A DNA stretch of 64,000 nucleotides from Massalongia carnosa (taxonomy: Eukaryota), in assembly GCA_965645245.1 (NCBI GenBank), contig OZ287081.1, positions 1,798,001 through 1,862,000 of the forward strand. Direction: 5' to 3'. Under the pieces are notes generated by a model. That model ran no database searches and was not told the DNA's origin. It saw only the letters and a list, made by a program, of their open reading frames with translations. Below are positions 61,242-64,000 of the stretch, piece by piece. Numbering within the stretch: position 1 is the first letter of the stretch; each line of letters begins with the position of its first letter. The position numbers were made by a program, and so were the translations under genes.

Positions 61242-62936
61242 TCACTCCCCATGAAGTCTTCGGGACCAATGCAAACCCGCCTCCTTTCCAAACTCGGGCC
61301 ACAAAGCCGCCTCTTTCTCGACATCGCCGTGACAATATGCAACCTGCGAGGTACGATTCCAGGTTCCCGCACCATGAGCTTCGGATCGCTCGTCAAGACA
61401 GCTGTAGAGGATGGTGGAATTCAAGGCTTGAGCCTTATTCCAGGATGCGGGTGAGTTTGTAAGGATGGCGACGATGAGAGTGACGAGGACAAGGACGACA
61501 GGGATGACGATAATAACTTTTACCGAGAGGGTGGCAATATTGATACTCTTGACGATGAAGTCGGCCACTCCCGGATAGATCGATTTGGTGTTTGGGTCTA
61601 TGGCAAGATTGGTGATGTTGGCAGTATTGGACTTAAAGGTTGTAGTATCAGCGAAAATATTTATCGAAGCTATATAGGCAGCCGCCACGAGTTTTCGTAG
61701 GTCGGTCTCCATGTTGGACGAACGTGCGTCGAATACCAAACCTAGCGATGTCGCCGAGGATTGAAGTGCTTGAGCTCCTAGGTTTATGCCGAGGGATACA
61801 ATCATAGGTAGTCCTAAGAAGCGCTCGAAGAAATACTGTCGCAGTTCATCGGGCATATTCAGACCAGGTAGGCTCGAGAGTTCGAAGACATTACCGGTGT
61901 GGCCTTTGTAGGACCAAACATCATTTTCCCAGCACGAGAGAATCGGTCTTCCTGTCCTGACAATGTACCCTGGATTTTCCGCGGTGTCGTTCGTGGATTC
62001 CGTTGCATATAAGGGATCTGATCCTGGGGTAAAGCTTAAGCGCTTTGCCGAGGAAATGGTTATTGCGAACGAGGTGTTGCTCGAACGCTCCTGAAGTGAA
62101 CCCAGGCTAAAATAAGCTGTTGGGGGCCTGCCGTCAAAAAGCGATATATCTATCGTGTTTTCTTTGAGGCCATATAGGTGATAGGTGTCAATCCAGGTGC
62201 CGTTAATCGATCGACTAGCCGCTAGCCATGTGTATTCTGTAATACAAGATCCTTCCACGTTCAGATTAAGACCTGCAGCATGCTGAAGGCCAAAATCCGC
62301 CGCACTAATCGTGTAGGAATAATGTATTTGCTGAACACTCCCAGTCACTCCGGATGTCACCACAGGGCTACTCAAAGTGACCTGTGGAAGCCCCGTGGCG
62401 TTGACACTCCCTGCCGCGCGAAGGCTTGACGGTACTCGGAGGGCAAACGATGCGTATAGGGCCGAGTTGTCGAGGTTCTTATTCGAGGGCACGAAGATAC
62501 TCGTGGGATCAACCGGTGCGCCGTTCCCGAGGATGAGGAATCGAGGAACATTGATGGATACAACATAGCCCACCGCTAAAAGGGTGGCGGCCGCACACAT
62601 CCATAAGACAGCATACCACCTGTCGCGCTTTCTTTTCATGCGGAAAAAGTACTGCGCCATCAGCTTCAAGACCGTAAATGCCGATCCTTGAGAGTTCCAA
62701 ATGGCCGCTGAAGCCGCCCCAATGTTTGGACTATGCGCTTTCCTCATAAACGCGGATATTCCAGCCAGGACAAGCAAAGCCCATAGCTGCAAGATCATCA
62801 GCTCCATCATTAAAGTGTATGCCGACAGAAGCCTTTTGCCATCTTCCGAGGAAACCGAAACGGCATCTCTGGTTCCATTTCCTATCGGCATGGAAAACCG
62901 TTTCCACAGCCTATAAGTTGAGTCGTCCGCCTCCAT
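61242..62936 (-). CDS. Uncharacterised membrane glycoprotein (two N-terminal TM segments, large luminal domain, C-terminal TM)
   Basis: 564-aa intronless ORF with hydrophobic stretches and several N-x-S/T sequons. Confidence 0.75.
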   Translation of the reverse strand: MEADDSTYRLWKRFSMPIGNGTRDAVSVSSEDGKRLLSAYTLMMELMILQLWALLVLAGISAFMRKAHSPNIGAASAAIWNSQGSAFTVLKLMAQYFFRMKRKRDRWYAVLWMCAAATLLAVGYVVSINVPRFLILGNGAPVDPTSIFVPSNKNLDNSALYASFALRVPSSLRAAGSVNATGLPQVTLSSPVVTSGVTGSVQQIHYSYTISAADFGLQHAAGLNLNVEGSCITEYTWLAASRSINGTWIDTYHLYGLKENTIDISLFDGRPPTAYFSLGSLQERSSNTSFAITISSAKRLSFTPGSDPLYATESTNDTAENPGYIVRTGRPILSCWENDVWSYKGHTGNVFELSSLPGLNMPDELRQYFFERFLGLPMIVSLGINLGAQALQSSATSLGLVFDARSSNMETDLRKLVAAAYIASINIFADTTTFKSNTANITNLAIDPNTKSIYPGVADFIVKSINIATLSVKVIIVIPVVLVLVTLIVAILTNSPASWNKAQALNSTILYSCLDERSEAHGAGTWNRTSQVAYCHGDVEKEAALWPEFGKEAGLHWSRRLHGE

Positions 62937-63766
62937 CTCGCCGAAACAGCAGCTAGTCCGAATGCGGGGAAAATGAAAACGGAAGTAGAAATAGAAAATG
63001 GGGTTGATGCGAGACGGATTAAAGTTGGTGCTTTCGGGGGGGGATACCTGCTAACACGCTCATCTTATGCCACCGCAGCCGCAATTCAACTTACTTATTA
63101 CGAATTGAGCCGCAGAAAAATAGCTCGCAGAGGCACTCACACGACCTCCTTGTGCCCCTTTAGGAGCTGGAGGGTTTCAGGGTCTCAAACCAGCCTGTAC
63201 CGCTACGGCCGAAGACCAGTACGCCCAGAGAACAATTTCAGTCCAAGGATGTGGGAAATAAGAAAGATACGTTGATAGGCCGACCGCGCGGATACATGGC
63301 TACACAATGCTAAGTAGGTGCATGTTGCTGGGTAGGATGCTGTTTCTCCCTTTGACGGGGAGCAAACGACTAAGGACACGGAAGGAGCTACCGCGCAAGA
63401 TATCATATCCCTCATTTTCGAGCTTCGTGACTCCGTCCTTAGGGAGGATTGATTCGTCCCGATTCGCCATCACATTTGGCAGCCAGGTTTCAATTATTGG
63501 GATATGGTGGGACATTTGGGGATACGAGCAGAGGGCAGGCTACACCGTGTGAATAGCTGAATGAATGCACGTGGGGGCGGGATAAGCTGAAGTGATGAAA
63601 GTGATAAAAGTGAAATCGGAGAATATAAGAGGAAGCGGGGTATGGTGGAGGCTGCGGGAGTGGGTTGAAGGGTTGCGAGTGGTCGAGGACCTCGTCGAGA
63701 AGAGTGTAATTCAGTGCATCAGGTAGAATGAAAAGGTCAGTAGGTCTGTATCTGGGCTGCACTGCT

Positions 63767-63855
63767 GGAGAATGATGTGATAGCCAAGCCGGGGTTTGCC
63801 GGAATAGCGGAGAATGATGTGATAGCCAAGACGGGGTTTGCCGGAATAGCGGAGA
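63767..63855. repeat. 42-bp tandem duplication
   Basis: ggagaatgatgtgatagccaag(c/a)cggggtttgccggaatagc occurs twice. Confidence 0.9.
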
Positions 63856-64000
63856 GTGGGCTAGTTCGTGTCAATCTCGTTATATTGCTACTAAGTATGT
63901 TTGGGCTATTGCTCACAGCCCCCGGCCTCGAGAGGGGGACTCGATAAGGGCCTTGCTGTCTACTAATGTAAGACCCTCTCGCAGGCCTTGGGCTGTGAAC

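Noticed and set aside
1..64000. tRNA or rRNA genes
   Set aside because: None recognised by eye; a covariance-model scan would be needed to exclude tRNAs.

Overview
Filamentous ascomycete (Pezizomycotina-like) genomic DNA with GT-AG introns. Bases 1-11.3 kb form a housekeeping block: mitochondrial 2-enoyl thioester reductase, a low-complexity hypothetical protein, 6-phosphofructokinase, Mediator MED17 and an alpha/beta hydrolase. From about 11.5 to 57.6 kb lies a dense, nested transposon island whose junctions are mostly resolvable by TIRs and target-site duplications. It contains a MULE with a 1.2-kb inverted duplication, a hAT element holding a Tc1 derivative, a 1-kb solo LTR and a Gypsy element, a host pseudogene split by a piggyBac-like element and a second Gypsy element, a pogo/Fot1 element, a second MULE and a truncated DIRS/Ngaro-like retroelement. 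Embedded at 46.8-50.8 kb is the best lead: an intact but divergent proteasome beta6 gene with substitutions clustered in the segment lining the beta5 inhibitor pocket. It has Rpn4/PACE-like motifs upstream and a decaying LovG/FSH esterase next to it, resembling the inpE/inpF pair of a proteasome-inhibitor cluster but with no synthetase in the window. Two intronless membrane proteins of unknown function end the window. All family assignments come from motif recognition, not database searches.
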